Source: a virus
IMG/VR virus record: IMGVR_UViG_3300032297_000368
Span: 17,470 to 81,469 of that record
Length of the DNA stretch: 64,000 nt
Direction: 5' to 3' (one strand)
Both the position numbers and the translations under genes were made by a program. The first letter of the stretch is position 1. The number at the start of each line of letters is the position of its first letter. The notes below the pieces were generated by a model. It worked only from the letters and a program-made list of their open reading frames with translations, was not told where the DNA came from and did not search any database. Shown piece by piece: positions 27,582-37,574 of this stretch.

Positions 27582-28807
27582 TATTTACTCCAATTCTTAG
27601 CAGCATTAAAGTTTGCTTGACTAAACTCTAATCTATCTACAAGTTTTACCGCATTACCTTTAAGTCTATCAACAGCAACAAATCCTTCTGGTGCTGTAAT
27701 TCTATAACCATCGTCTGTACGTATGAATGTACCGATTGAACGAATGGTTTCTAATTTACGTACAATCAATAATTTACAATCAACTAAAAGATTCATCAGT
27801 TCAAAAATCTTTTGTAATTCGCCAGCAGAACCACGGAAGAATCTCATCATCTCATTCTTCTCTGCAATTCTTTTCTTCTTAGTATCATCTCTCTTTGCTG
27901 CTTGTACTTCTTTATTTAACTTCTCTTCAATCCATTTTATCAGTTCAACAGTGTGAGCTCTTGTATTGGTAATCTTCTGCCCTTGGCGTATCTTTGTGTT
28001 GTTGAATGTTTTAATGAAAGTTAGAATAGAATCTACGGAAGATATTCTATTTAACACTATAGAATTAATACTTCTAAATGTTCTACCTGCTTCGGTTAAT
28101 TTACTTGAAAGTATTTTAGTTTCAGTTTCGGTGAATGTTGCAGTACCTGAAGCATCAGTGAATGAAGCATCACGGAACCAAACATCTTTAGTTGTTGATA
28201 GATTACCAATATCGATGTTGAATGATGCCTTCATATCAGACATTGTTTTACCTGTGTATGAGGTATGAAACACTACACCAACATGTGCAGCCATCATTGT
28301 CTTTGCCAGTTTAGAATCTGAAGGCACAGCATAAACAATTGTATTAGGTTGAAACACTATGTACTCTTCACCATCAATTATTTTTGTATCGATATCACCT
28401 TTACTAAACATCATATCACCTTGAAGGATGCCTTTGATGCCTAGTTTAGGTAGATAACGTAATGCCATTTTAAGTTTATTGTTAAGACCTTCAGAAGCAT
28501 GATTGTTATCAATATCTTCTTCTGTATAATTTAATTTAGCATCTTTATTGAATACTGATTTAGTACCAACAAAAAACTTACCGTTTTCTGGATTGGTGCC
28601 AACAAAAATTGCTGGCGCACCGTCCCATTTAGTTGTGATATTAATCTTTGACTGTGCATGACCAGCAAGCATATCACGCAAACTTTGTAAGAAATTTATG
28701 GCACCTCGAGCACCAGCAACTCCGCCATTTAAGACTTCATCTTCTAGATGTTCGAGGTGTAAATTCTTACCTTGTTTATCTTCTGTTAAATATTCTATGA
28801 ATTTCAT
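27581..28807 (-). CDS. DUF6267-like protein with ATP-dependent ligase-type motifs
   Basis: KNLHLEHLED; TKWDG (motif I), QGDMMF (III), PEGFV (IV), VKLVD (V); N-terminus MKFIEYLTE. Confidence 0.7.
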   Translation of the reverse strand: MKFIEYLTEDKQGKNLHLEHLEDEVLNGGVAGARGAINFLQSLRDMLAGHAQSKINITTKWDGAPAIFVGTNPENGKFFVGTKSVFNKDAKLNYTEEDIDNNHASEGLNNKLKMALRYLPKLGIKGILQGDMMFSKGDIDTKIIDGEEYIVFQPNTIVYAVPSDSKLAKTMMAAHVGVVFHTSYTGKTMSDMKASFNIDIGNLSTTKDVWFRDASFTDASGTATFTETETKILSSKLTEAGRTFRSINSIVLNRISSVDSILTFIKTFNNTKIRQGQKITNTRAHTVELIKWIEEKLNKEVQAAKRDDTKKKRIAEKNEMMRFFRGSAGELQKIFELMNLLVDCKLLIVRKLETIRSIGTFIRTDDGYRITAPEGFVAVDRLKGNAVKLVDRLEFSQANFNAAKNWSK

Positions 28808-28809
28808 TT

Positions 28810-30036
28810 TTAGTATATCTTTACAAATGGTCCGTTAGTGTCTCTAAATTCTTTCTTTGCACCATAGTATAATGTTTTCAACCATTCAGCCATTAATCCT
28901 TTCTTCTCGATTAAAGCCCAAGCATATGCCCATCTCATACATGTCAACTTTGATGATAATCTTCCACCAGCATACTTAGAACCCTCCTCTCGAATAGAAT
29001 AATCTAATACATTAGCAAACGAACCAGTAGAAACTATTTTACCTTTATACACAACTTTCATTTCACCAAAATCTATACTCATACGATTGACTTTAAGTTT
29101 AGATAACTCTTTTTGAAAATCAATCCAATATTTTTTAGTTTCTGTTGTCCATTTTCCTACAGGAGGAATATGAGGGTCTTTACCTGCATTAACTGGTCTA
29201 ATTATTCCGAGTTTATTATAATATTTCGAAAAGAACTCATCAATGGCGTCAGCAGAAGCTTTACCAATTTTAGCACCAGCATCTTTTCCTGTAGGAGTTA
29301 AATCGGTCTGAACACCACCTCTAGGAGTTGACATGTTAAAGTTTCTTGTTTGCCAATTAACAATTGTATCGTTCACTTTAAATTGTCCAGCAATTTCTCC
29401 ATTATCTATCTCTGTTGGAGTTTTGTTATTTGTTCCGAAATTTGCATAACACTTCAAGGGGCCAACATTTTCAAATGTTAACTCTTTCTGTTTGCCTTTA
29501 CCCATATTAGATAATTCTAAATCAGCTTTAGCTTTAGTTTTAGAAATAGCTTTAAGTGATACAGGAACTAAATCTTTAGTTTGTATTAATTCTCTCATGT
29601 ACGCATTTAAAGAATAAAGATTGGCCATTTTATCAGGATTTTTAGTGATTGAATCTAATTTTTTTCTTATTACATTTTCTTTTGTTTTTCTAACCATGTA
29701 AATATCAGCAGGATCCCAATTATCTTTTGTTGAAACGCCACATCTTTTTTTAGCAATATCTTCAATGAATGCCATAAAACCATCTCGTTCATCACGAGAA
29801 TAGGAATATCCTTTATTACTATCGCCTAGATAATTTTTTAGAGCAATACATTGTTTAGTGTATGTAGATAACCATATTTCTCTAAGTTTTACGTCTTTAG
29901 CTAATTGAGGATAAACTTGTACGATCTCAGAAAACAACTGAGATTCTGTAGGTGTTTTAACACTTTCAATCCATAATTTGAAAGCAACTTTAGAACCATT
30001 CTCTTGTTTAGCTGTCTCTATCGCATTGCCGGCCAT
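28810..30036 (-). CDS. Putative PD-(D/E)xK endonuclease (free-standing homing-endonuclease-like)
   Basis: AKQENGS helix, DNWDPADIY...VPVSLK catalytic-like motif; late promoter plus SD-sequestering hairpin upstream. Confidence 0.6.
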   Translation of the reverse strand: MAGNAIETAKQENGSKVAFKLWIESVKTPTESQLFSEIVQVYPQLAKDVKLREIWLSTYTKQCIALKNYLGDSNKGYSYSRDERDGFMAFIEDIAKKRCGVSTKDNWDPADIYMVRKTKENVIRKKLDSITKNPDKMANLYSLNAYMRELIQTKDLVPVSLKAISKTKAKADLELSNMGKGKQKELTFENVGPLKCYANFGTNNKTPTEIDNGEIAGQFKVNDTIVNWQTRNFNMSTPRGGVQTDLTPTGKDAGAKIGKASADAIDEFFSKYYNKLGIIRPVNAGKDPHIPPVGKWTTETKKYWIDFQKELSKLKVNRMSIDFGEMKVVYKGKIVSTGSFANVLDYSIREEGSKYAGGRLSSKLTCMRWAYAWALIEKKGLMAEWLKTLYYGAKKEFRDTNGPFVKIY

Positions 30037-30040
30037 TTAT

Positions 30041-30072
30041 TACTCCGTTACTTGTTAATAGGAGTATTTATA
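30041..30072 (-). promoter_or_regulatory. Late promoter TATAAATA with an overlapping RBS-sequestering hairpin
   Basis: Minus strand reads TATAAATACTCC-TATTAACAAGTAAC-GGAGTA-ATAA-ATG. Confidence 0.75.
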
Positions 30073-30081
30073 TTAACACGG

Positions 30082-31197
30082 CTACCGAATTATGTCAATA
30101 TCTTTTCCGCTAGTCCAAACCTCTTGTTCTGTACGTAAACGACCTTCGGTCTTCAGAGTTTCATATCTGTTAATGGCTTTCTTTCTCCACCACTCAATAA
30201 TGTTACTCAAATGAAACTTTTCATAGTTCTCACCAGCCTCTAGTTTAGTGGCTTTTCCATTGACAAAATCGACCATATTTTTGTAACCATAGTCAGATAT
30301 GAAGTATCGTTTCTGTTCGTTCAGATTCTTGGCCTTCTCGATGGTTTCTTTAAATTTTACACCTTCTGGTGTTCCTTTAAGTGCGATACCAACCATCGAA
30401 ACTATTGCATTTGATATTTTCAATTTACGACTAGAAGCATTTAGTGGTGCCAATGGTTCACCAGTAATATTCTCAACATATTCTTTCAGATCAGTATATG
30501 TTTTACCGTGTAACATAGGAAGAAAATCTGAATCTGTTAGACCTTTGTAACGAATAAAAGGTTTCATGCCATCATATTGTGACACTGTTTTTGTAGAACC
30601 ATATAAAGAAGTGGTTTCAAAAAGACAAGTGTTCATTTTATACTTGGCATTTAACATCTCACGAACTTCATGTGATGTACAGATTGCCGCCATAAGTTTA
30701 CCACCTAGATAATTATAACCAAATGGTTGTGAAGGTACAATAACAAAACCCATAGCAGCACACTCATTGAATCTTTTGGCACCACCCTCAGTTTGTGTAA
30801 ACACTGCTCCAAGCATCTCATTACGTGGCTTACAGTTAATCACAGGTGAACCTAGGCGAATAAAACCACACCATTTACCAGTTGTCTTTTCCATAACAGC
30901 AAGTCTTAGGCAACGACCTGGAATACTTGTCATATTAGAATGACTTGATATTATGTTAAGATATAAGTCCCATTGCGATTGTGACAACTCGACCACCTCA
31001 AACTCCATCGACTCTGGAGAGAGACTAAAATCTGAGTATAGGTCTTCTTCTGGTCCCCCAAAAGGAAGCGCAGGAGGTCTATCGGAGAGACTGGCCAATT
31101 TCTGTTCACGCATGTACTCATCAATACGATTGAACTTGTCAAAGTAGTCACTATAAATGTTAGCACAATGTAATGCTTGTTCTTTTGTTAACTTCAT
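30082..31197 (-). CDS. DUF4338/DruA-like protein, paralog A
   Basis: PGRCLRLAV, VPSQPFGYNYLGGKLMA, ETTSLYG, SQYDG. Confidence 0.7.
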   Translation of the reverse strand: MKLTKEQALHCANIYSDYFDKFNRIDEYMREQKLASLSDRPPALPFGGPEEDLYSDFSLSPESMEFEVVELSQSQWDLYLNIISSHSNMTSIPGRCLRLAVMEKTTGKWCGFIRLGSPVINCKPRNEMLGAVFTQTEGGAKRFNECAAMGFVIVPSQPFGYNYLGGKLMAAICTSHEVREMLNAKYKMNTCLFETTSLYGSTKTVSQYDGMKPFIRYKGLTDSDFLPMLHGKTYTDLKEYVENITGEPLAPLNASSRKLKISNAIVSMVGIALKGTPEGVKFKETIEKAKNLNEQKRYFISDYGYKNMVDFVNGKATKLEAGENYEKFHLSNIIEWWRKKAINRYETLKTEGRLRTEQEVWTSGKDIDIIR

Positions 31198-32588
31198 ACT
31201 TTAATGTTGTCAAATTTGTTAGTAAAATTACGTTCACGATTACCAAAAGTATTTAAAGGTTTATCTTGACCTGATTCTGAAATATCTTGTTGCGCTGATT
31301 GTTCAGTATCATATAAACGCATCTTTGCTCTATCGATACCAATAACAAAACGTTTGAATGAATTAGGATCAGACCAACGATTCTTTAATTGTTTAACCAT
31401 GATTTGGCCAAGTTGTTCTAACTCTTCAGTACTAATCAAAGCAAACATAAAGTCAGCAGTTGCGGGAAGACCAAAAGATTCAGATGTATCTTCAAGACCT
31501 GGATCGGATGAAGTAAAGCCACTTCTAGTTGTTTGTGTTGCAGATACAACAGGAACATTAAACTCAACAGCAAGACCACGTAATTCTTCTGCAATAGATT
31601 TGATGTATGTGTATGAGTTTACACCTGCACCGTGTTTGATACGAGCAGAGGCACAAATGTTCAAGTAATCAATAAAGATAATTGCAGGTTTAAAATTCTT
31701 CTTCAACAATAACTCTTGCAGTAAACCTCTGAAGTGTAACACAGATGCCGCAGCAGTTGGATATTCTTTGATGATTAGTTTGCCTTGAGTTTTACTTTTC
31801 AATACTTCAAACTTCTTCTCATAACTATCTCTAGGTAGATGTTGCAATTCATCCATAGTGACGTTCAATAGATTAGCATCGATACGTTTTGCAATCTCTT
31901 CTTCAGCCATTTCCATAGAGATATAGAGTACATCATGGCCTTGAGAAATTGCTGCAGCAGCACAGTGACACATGAACAAAGATTTACCAACGCCTGTACC
32001 TGCCAGTGCAATACTCAAAGTCTTTAGTGGCAAACCACCTTTAGATATTTTATTGAAGATATCCAGATCAAATGGTATTCTAGATTCTTTACGATGATAG
32101 AAGTCATAACGAGATTCAGCATCACTGATATAATCATGGCCAACGTTTGAATCAAATGATACTGCAAGAGCATCACTCAATAGTTGTGGTATTTCACCTT
32201 TAGATTTTTTCTGTTGTTTGTCATCAAGAATACCAACAGATTCCATGATGGCATTGTAGATGGCTTTATCTTGGCAAAACTTTTCAGTTTGTGCAATCAG
32301 CCATTGTTCTTCGGAAGGATTATCTTTGTCGTTGAAGATATCACTTAGAAGATTTATACCTTTGCGTACTTCTTCTTCAGTGTATTTGTTGGACTCTGTA
32401 AAGTTAATTACTAGTGCTTCGTGTGTGGGTAGTGTGTTGTATTCATCGCAAAATTTACCAATCTCTTTGAATAGATTTTTTTCAGTTACATCTTCAAAAT
32501 AATCTTGACGTATGAATGGTAATACTTTACGAGTGAAACTCTCGTTGTAAATCAGGTTCTTTAGGATTGTTTGTTCTAGTCTGTTCAT
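31194..32588 (-). CDS. gp41: Replicative DNA helicase (T4 gp41)
   Basis: AGTGVGKS, SMEMAE, IDYLNIC, SATQTTR, SESFGLPATAD, QLKNR. Confidence 0.97.
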   Translation of the reverse strand: MNRLEQTILKNLIYNESFTRKVLPFIRQDYFEDVTEKNLFKEIGKFCDEYNTLPTHEALVINFTESNKYTEEEVRKGINLLSDIFNDKDNPSEEQWLIAQTEKFCQDKAIYNAIMESVGILDDKQQKKSKGEIPQLLSDALAVSFDSNVGHDYISDAESRYDFYHRKESRIPFDLDIFNKISKGGLPLKTLSIALAGTGVGKSLFMCHCAAAAISQGHDVLYISMEMAEEEIAKRIDANLLNVTMDELQHLPRDSYEKKFEVLKSKTQGKLIIKEYPTAAASVLHFRGLLQELLLKKNFKPAIIFIDYLNICASARIKHGAGVNSYTYIKSIAEELRGLAVEFNVPVVSATQTTRSGFTSSDPGLEDTSESFGLPATADFMFALISTEELEQLGQIMVKQLKNRWSDPNSFKRFVIGIDRAKMRLYDTEQSAQQDISESGQDKPLNTFGNRERNFTNKFDNIKV

Positions 32589-32910
32589 TATCTATGATTA
32601 ATTCCGTTAGTAAGTCACCTAGTATTGTAACAAATTCTTGACTATTTTTCAAGTCATCCATATCATGTGTACCTGGATCAATAATATCATATTGAAATTT
32701 TAATTTTGGTGGATATTCTTCTTCGATAAATTTTACATTGAAGTATTGGAATATAACACTAGAAAAAGTACCGCTGGTCAATTCGACAGCGGTACTTTCT
32801 TCATCAGGTAGATATATGAATTCGTAATCTATGAATTCGTTAAACTTCTTCTTCGGCAGTTTCGGCTGGAGTTTCATCTTCTCCAAGAATGCTTTTATAA
32901 GTGATCTCAT
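32527..32910 (-). CDS. Hypothetical protein at the T4 gp40 position
   Basis: Between uvsX and gp41; start codon uncertain. Confidence 0.5.
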   Translation of the reverse strand: MRSLIKAFLEKMKLQPKLPKKKFNEFIDYEFIYLPDEESTAVELTSGTFSSVIFQYFNVKFIEEEYPPKLKFQYDIIDPGTHDMDDLKNSQEFVTILGDLLTELIIDNEQTRTNNPKEPDLQREFHS

Positions 32911-33901
32911 ATTTACTCTTTACATATTCTTTAAATTTGTCATCGTTCAAAAGTGGTAACCAGAAGTCTGATGTTTGTGTATCAGCAAGTCTCATCTTGT
33001 CACCAATCTCACCTGTCTCTTGATCTACCTTTGCATACCAACCATTAGAAGGTTTACTTACGAAATTGCCTTCGAGTGCGATATCCATAAGGCCAGACCA
33101 CTTACTAATGCCGCCATCAAAAGATACACTGATAGGAATTTTAGATTTTTCTTTAACGTACCTAGATTTCTCAACGTTAATAATGAAGTTATAGCCTGTA
33201 ATTTCTGTTCCATCTTTTTCTTGTTGTCTCCCTAGAATGTAGATGTTATCGGCAGAATAATATGAACCTGTACCACCACCAACAATATCTTTAGGATACA
33301 AACCAATTTCTTTGTAAGTATGATTAACTACAACCATTGGTATATCTTTCATCGTCAAGTGAGGTGTTACCATTCTGAATAACGATTTAACTTGTTTTGC
33401 ACGTGACATATCTGCAACTGATTTACCATCAAGTGCATCGTCAACTTCTTTCTTTGATGCTAAGTTACCAATAGAATCTAGAATGATAATCAACTTATCA
33501 CCACGTTCAATGTTCTGTAACTGTTGCATGATATCAAACTTCAACTGTTCAATATCTGTAAGGGGTGTATGCAATACACGTTCCATATCGATATCAAACG
33601 TTTCAAAATATTTTATTGGTGTACCAAATTCTGAATCATAGAATAACAGTATCGCTTCTGGATATTGCTTCATGTATGATTTGGCCATCAATAAACTAAA
33701 AGCAGTCTTGAAGTGTTTAGAGGGACCTGCCCACATAGTAAGACCTGGTGTTAAACCACCATCTAATCTACCTGATAATGCCACATTAACCATTGGTACT
33801 TCTGTTGGTACTACATCTTTATCATTAAAGAACTTTGACTTAGATAATATAGAACTATCTTTGATGGTCGAATTCTTTTTTAATTTGTCGAGTAAGCTCA
33901 A
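32840..33901 (-). CDS. uvsX: RecA-like recombinase UvsX
   Basis: AGPSKHFKT, YDSEFG, DSIGNLAS, GGGTG. Confidence 0.97.
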   Translation of the reverse strand: MSLLDKLKKNSTIKDSSILSKSKFFNDKDVVPTEVPMVNVALSGRLDGGLTPGLTMWAGPSKHFKTAFSLLMAKSYMKQYPEAILLFYDSEFGTPIKYFETFDIDMERVLHTPLTDIEQLKFDIMQQLQNIERGDKLIIILDSIGNLASKKEVDDALDGKSVADMSRAKQVKSLFRMVTPHLTMKDIPMVVVNHTYKEIGLYPKDIVGGGTGSYYSADNIYILGRQQEKDGTEITGYNFIINVEKSRYVKEKSKIPISVSFDGGISKWSGLMDIALEGNFVSKPSNGWYAKVDQETGEIGDKMRLADTQTSDFWLPLLNDDKFKEYVKSKYEITYKSILGEDETPAETAEEEV

Positions 33902-34725
33902 AACGAATCTCCTTTAAAATTTGCAATCTCACTTTTAGGAATAACTTCAACATCATTATCTTGAAATAAAGGTTCTAATGTCTGAGTCGGTATATACTCC
34001 TGTTTCTTTTTCTTAACAGGCACTTTCTTTTCAGGTGCAGGTTCTTCTTTTGCTTTTTTATATCTTTGATATGTTTGATTCGAAGCAAGTAATAATAATA
34101 TTGCCAAAGGATCAAAAACAAAAATGATAATCATAATAACAAAACGTACAGCTTTATCTATAAAAGATGGATCATTTTTTTCATATAAAAATTCGGCAAT
34201 GTAACGAATCGGACCTACTTCTGCCATAAGTTTATTCTCTACCTTCAATAAAGGTAACTTCTGTTCAGTAATAGATTTTAATTCTAATTGCGCTTCTTGT
34301 ATATTCTTATCTAATCTTTTAGAGGCAGTTTCAGGATCACCTGCACGTTGTAATAGATACGCTAGTCTTTCATTTACAATCTTTTCTTGTTGAATCAAAG
34401 TTTGTAATTGTACATTATTACTTCCCACTTCTACATTAGTTTCAATATGCGCTCTTGATAAGTAACCAAAAATTCCCATCGATGTTATACCCATCAATAG
34501 GAAAATAGATACTAGAAAATAGTAACGCATAATCCGCACAGTATCAGACCAATTGTTATGTAGCCAAGATACTGTTACCAATTTACTTATCTCTAAAGTA
34601 GTACCCATAATCACAACAGGCCAAAAAGAACCTGGAAATATTTGTGCAAGTCCTACTACAGAATAATAAGCCGCTACTCCTGATAGAGCAATGGCTGTTA
34701 GAAATGGTAAAATAATTTGTGTCAT
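33898..34725 (-). CDS. Membrane protein with a coiled coil
   Basis: Three N-terminal TM segments, coiled coil, EVGPIRY, IFVFDPLAILLL. Confidence 0.7.
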   Translation of the reverse strand: MTQIILPFLTAIALSGVAAYYSVVGLAQIFPGSFWPVVIMGTTLEISKLVTVSWLHNNWSDTVRIMRYYFLVSIFLLMGITSMGIFGYLSRAHIETNVEVGSNNVQLQTLIQQEKIVNERLAYLLQRAGDPETASKRLDKNIQEAQLELKSITEQKLPLLKVENKLMAEVGPIRYIAEFLYEKNDPSFIDKAVRFVIMIIIFVFDPLAILLLLASNQTYQRYKKAKEEPAPEKKVPVKKKKQEYIPTQTLEPLFQDNDVEVIPKSEIANFKGDSF

Positions 34726-37265
34726 CCGAATAAACTCTCTAACGTGTTTCGCCTTTCAACTTCCCAACCAACACAATCAAGAATAACTTTAACTGGTTCT
34801 ACGAAAGACTTTTGAAATTGTGTATCATAATCAATATAATCTTGAAGGCCTAACTCTTTAGGTAATCTAACTGGAAAAGAAATGACTGTATCTTTAAGCG
34901 GATTAGGTGTACGTAGGTAAGTAAATTTAAGTTTCTCACCTTCTTGAATGACCTGATACTTAGTTGTCAACCCATTATCTTTCAAAAGTTTATTATAAAG
35001 AATTGCACCCTTCACATGAATAGGTGTGCCTTTTTTATATAGTGTAACAGAATCAGAGTACTCACGCAAGCCATTTAAACCACGTGGAAAAGAAATATCT
35101 TCAGCAGGTAATGTTTTAAATTCTTCCTTAAAATCTGAAATAAATTTTTGTACATCATCTTGTGTACCGTTCATGATGATCTTGATTAGTTCCCACATCT
35201 TCTCACGTACCGCAGATGGTGTTGAAGATTTAACCATCTCTAAACCCATAACTTTAATTTTAGGTTCTTTGTATTGAACACCTTCATTGTTATGTACGTT
35301 TAGAATGTAACGTTTCTTGGCAGTCCAGATACCTTTATCTGATAATGCCTCACGTTTCATTTGCATTTTTTGGTCGTATGCGTGGACATAATCAGCAAGT
35401 TCTTTATAACTCTTATCAATAAATGGTTGAATCTTCTCCTCACATACCTTATCCATGAATTGGATGACCTTAGATGTGTCTTGTGTTTTTGATTCACCAA
35501 ACACACTTTGTACCAACCCACCAAGATTGAGATATATCGAATCCGTATCTGAAGCAATAACATAATCTGTATCCGTCTTTAATATTTTATTTACATATTG
35601 ATTTAGTTTGGCTTCAATCCAACGAATCGATAACTGACCCGCACTAGTAACAGCAAGTGCTTGCCTCAAATCATAAAATCTAAAGAACTGCGAACCCAAT
35701 GCACCGTAAGCGGAGTTTAATGAAACTTTCTTAGCAAGTTGTAGGTTATCATAACGAGCAATTCTCTTCGATAATCTTTCTTTCTCTTCTTTAGTTGTTG
35801 CCTTTTCATACTCTTGTTTCGCTTGAAGCATCATCTTCTTATACTTCTTACGATCTTCATACATAGACTCCATCATTCCAGGAAGAAAACCTTGTTTATC
35901 TGTCCTGAAATATTGGCCATTAGGTGTTAGTGTTACATTGCTGAGTTTAGAAGTATCTACCTGTTTAGTCAACAAGTTATCAACCGTAACACCTTGCATG
36001 ATAATGTTACGCATATCATCTGTGTACTCATAGGGTTCAACCAACGTCTCTGGAGAGATATTGTATTGCATGAGTAGATGTGGATATAGACTGTTCAAAT
36101 CAAACGAAGCCACCCAATCGTGTTTGCCAACTTGAGGTTCTTTTACATATGCACCTTCAAATGCTGAATTCTTTTGTTGGAAACTTTTCTGCGGAACAAC
36201 AATGCCTTTCGACAATAGATGGCAATAGATAAGAGAATCCCACATACGAGTTTGAGCAAATATATCTTCATAGTTTGTTTTAGTATCATAGGCAAGAGTT
36301 AAGCCAAGTTCTAGTAGTTTAAGTTTCTCTTCTAGTTTAATAATCAAGTCAACGTCTTTGATGTTATACTCAATAAACTTTTGATAGTTCAATCGATACA
36401 GTTGATGTAAGTTATCATACTCATCAAACGACAATTTACTTTCACCAAGTTCAACGTTAGCAATATTATCCAACTTATACGACTCTTGTGATTTACCACC
36501 CGGCGCATACCACTTGTATAGTTCGATATAATCAAGACACGCTATGCCGTAAATAGAATAAGAATGTAACTGTCTTCCCATTTTAGTTTCAGTCTTAGCA
36601 TAGATGTAATTCCATGGAGAAAGTTTCTTTGCAAAGTCTTCACCCATAACTTTATTGATTCGATTAACCAAATAAGGAATATCAAAAAACTCTACATTCC
36701 AGCCAGTGATTACATCAGGAAAGTTATCACGCCAATCATCAATAAAGTTTTTACATAAATCATATTCATCTTTACATTTGATATATGTAACATCATCATT
36801 AGTGTTATTGAAATCACCACAACCATATACAGTCATACCACCATTCAATTGACGTATTGCAATTGCTGTGATGGGTTCAGATGCACGTTGCGGATCAGGA
36901 AAGCCATTCTCAGAACCAACTTCAATATCGATTACTGCGATTGATAGATGTGAAATATCCCAATCAATATCTGTAGGATGTTCATCAGCAATAAATGAAT
37001 ATTGAAATCTTTCTTGGCCATAGATTTTGAAATTATCTACACCTTCATACTTCTTAAAGAAGTCTTTGGCTGCTCTCATACCCTCAAACTTCATAGGTTC
37101 GAGATAATCACCTTGTAGATTTGTAAACTTGGTAACTTTCTTGGAAGGCAAAAACAAAGTCGGCGCATACTTTATTTCTAAGTTAATGCGCCGACCATCT
37201 TTAACTCCACGATATAAAACTTTGTCACCGTAGATTTGGATGTTTGTATAATATTGATTAGTCAT
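34722..37265 (-). CDS. gp43: Family B DNA polymerase (T4 gp43)
   Basis: DIEV exonuclease I, FDLNSLYP, KVSLNSAYG, SDTDS, KKRY. Confidence 0.98.
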   Translation of the reverse strand: MTNQYYTNIQIYGDKVLYRGVKDGRRINLEIKYAPTLFLPSKKVTKFTNLQGDYLEPMKFEGMRAAKDFFKKYEGVDNFKIYGQERFQYSFIADEHPTDIDWDISHLSIAVIDIEVGSENGFPDPQRASEPITAIAIRQLNGGMTVYGCGDFNNTNDDVTYIKCKDEYDLCKNFIDDWRDNFPDVITGWNVEFFDIPYLVNRINKVMGEDFAKKLSPWNYIYAKTETKMGRQLHSYSIYGIACLDYIELYKWYAPGGKSQESYKLDNIANVELGESKLSFDEYDNLHQLYRLNYQKFIEYNIKDVDLIIKLEEKLKLLELGLTLAYDTKTNYEDIFAQTRMWDSLIYCHLLSKGIVVPQKSFQQKNSAFEGAYVKEPQVGKHDWVASFDLNSLYPHLLMQYNISPETLVEPYEYTDDMRNIIMQGVTVDNLLTKQVDTSKLSNVTLTPNGQYFRTDKQGFLPGMMESMYEDRKKYKKMMLQAKQEYEKATTKEEKERLSKRIARYDNLQLAKKVSLNSAYGALGSQFFRFYDLRQALAVTSAGQLSIRWIEAKLNQYVNKILKTDTDYVIASDTDSIYLNLGGLVQSVFGESKTQDTSKVIQFMDKVCEEKIQPFIDKSYKELADYVHAYDQKMQMKREALSDKGIWTAKKRYILNVHNNEGVQYKEPKIKVMGLEMVKSSTPSAVREKMWELIKIIMNGTQDDVQKFISDFKEEFKTLPAEDISFPRGLNGLREYSDSVTLYKKGTPIHVKGAILYNKLLKDNGLTTKYQVIQEGEKLKFTYLRTPNPLKDTVISFPVRLPKELGLQDYIDYDTQFQKSFVEPVKVILDCVGWEVERRNTLESLFG

Positions 37266-37268
37266 TCA

Positions 37269-37574
37269 TTAGATTTTCATTCCAGCGGGGGCAATTTCAA
37301 TACCAGAACCAAAGATTCTATTGTATTGATTCTCTAATTCTAACATAGGTGATGTAATTGTCAATATGTCTATCGATTGAAATTTAATACCTGTGCCGAA
37401 TTCTTGGCAGTACTCTAAGAAAGGTGAAAATGCAATACCACCAGTATCACCTGCTGACTTTGGTGGAACATTAATAACCTGCACAGGCTGTTTAACTATA
37501 ACTGTACCCGCAGATTCAGTTACATCACCGATGATTGTATGATTAGTTTTGAATGTGATTAGTTTAATGGACAT
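37269..37574 (-). CDS. Small Sm-like-fold hypothetical protein
   Basis: MSIKLITF...IIG...QYNRIFGSGI pattern often seen before gp43; start moved to 37574. Confidence 0.6.
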   Translation of the reverse strand: MSIKLITFKTNHTIIGDVTESAGTVIVKQPVQVINVPPKSAGDTGGIAFSPFLEYCQEFGTGIKFQSIDILTITSPMLELENQYNRIFGSGIEIAPAGMKI

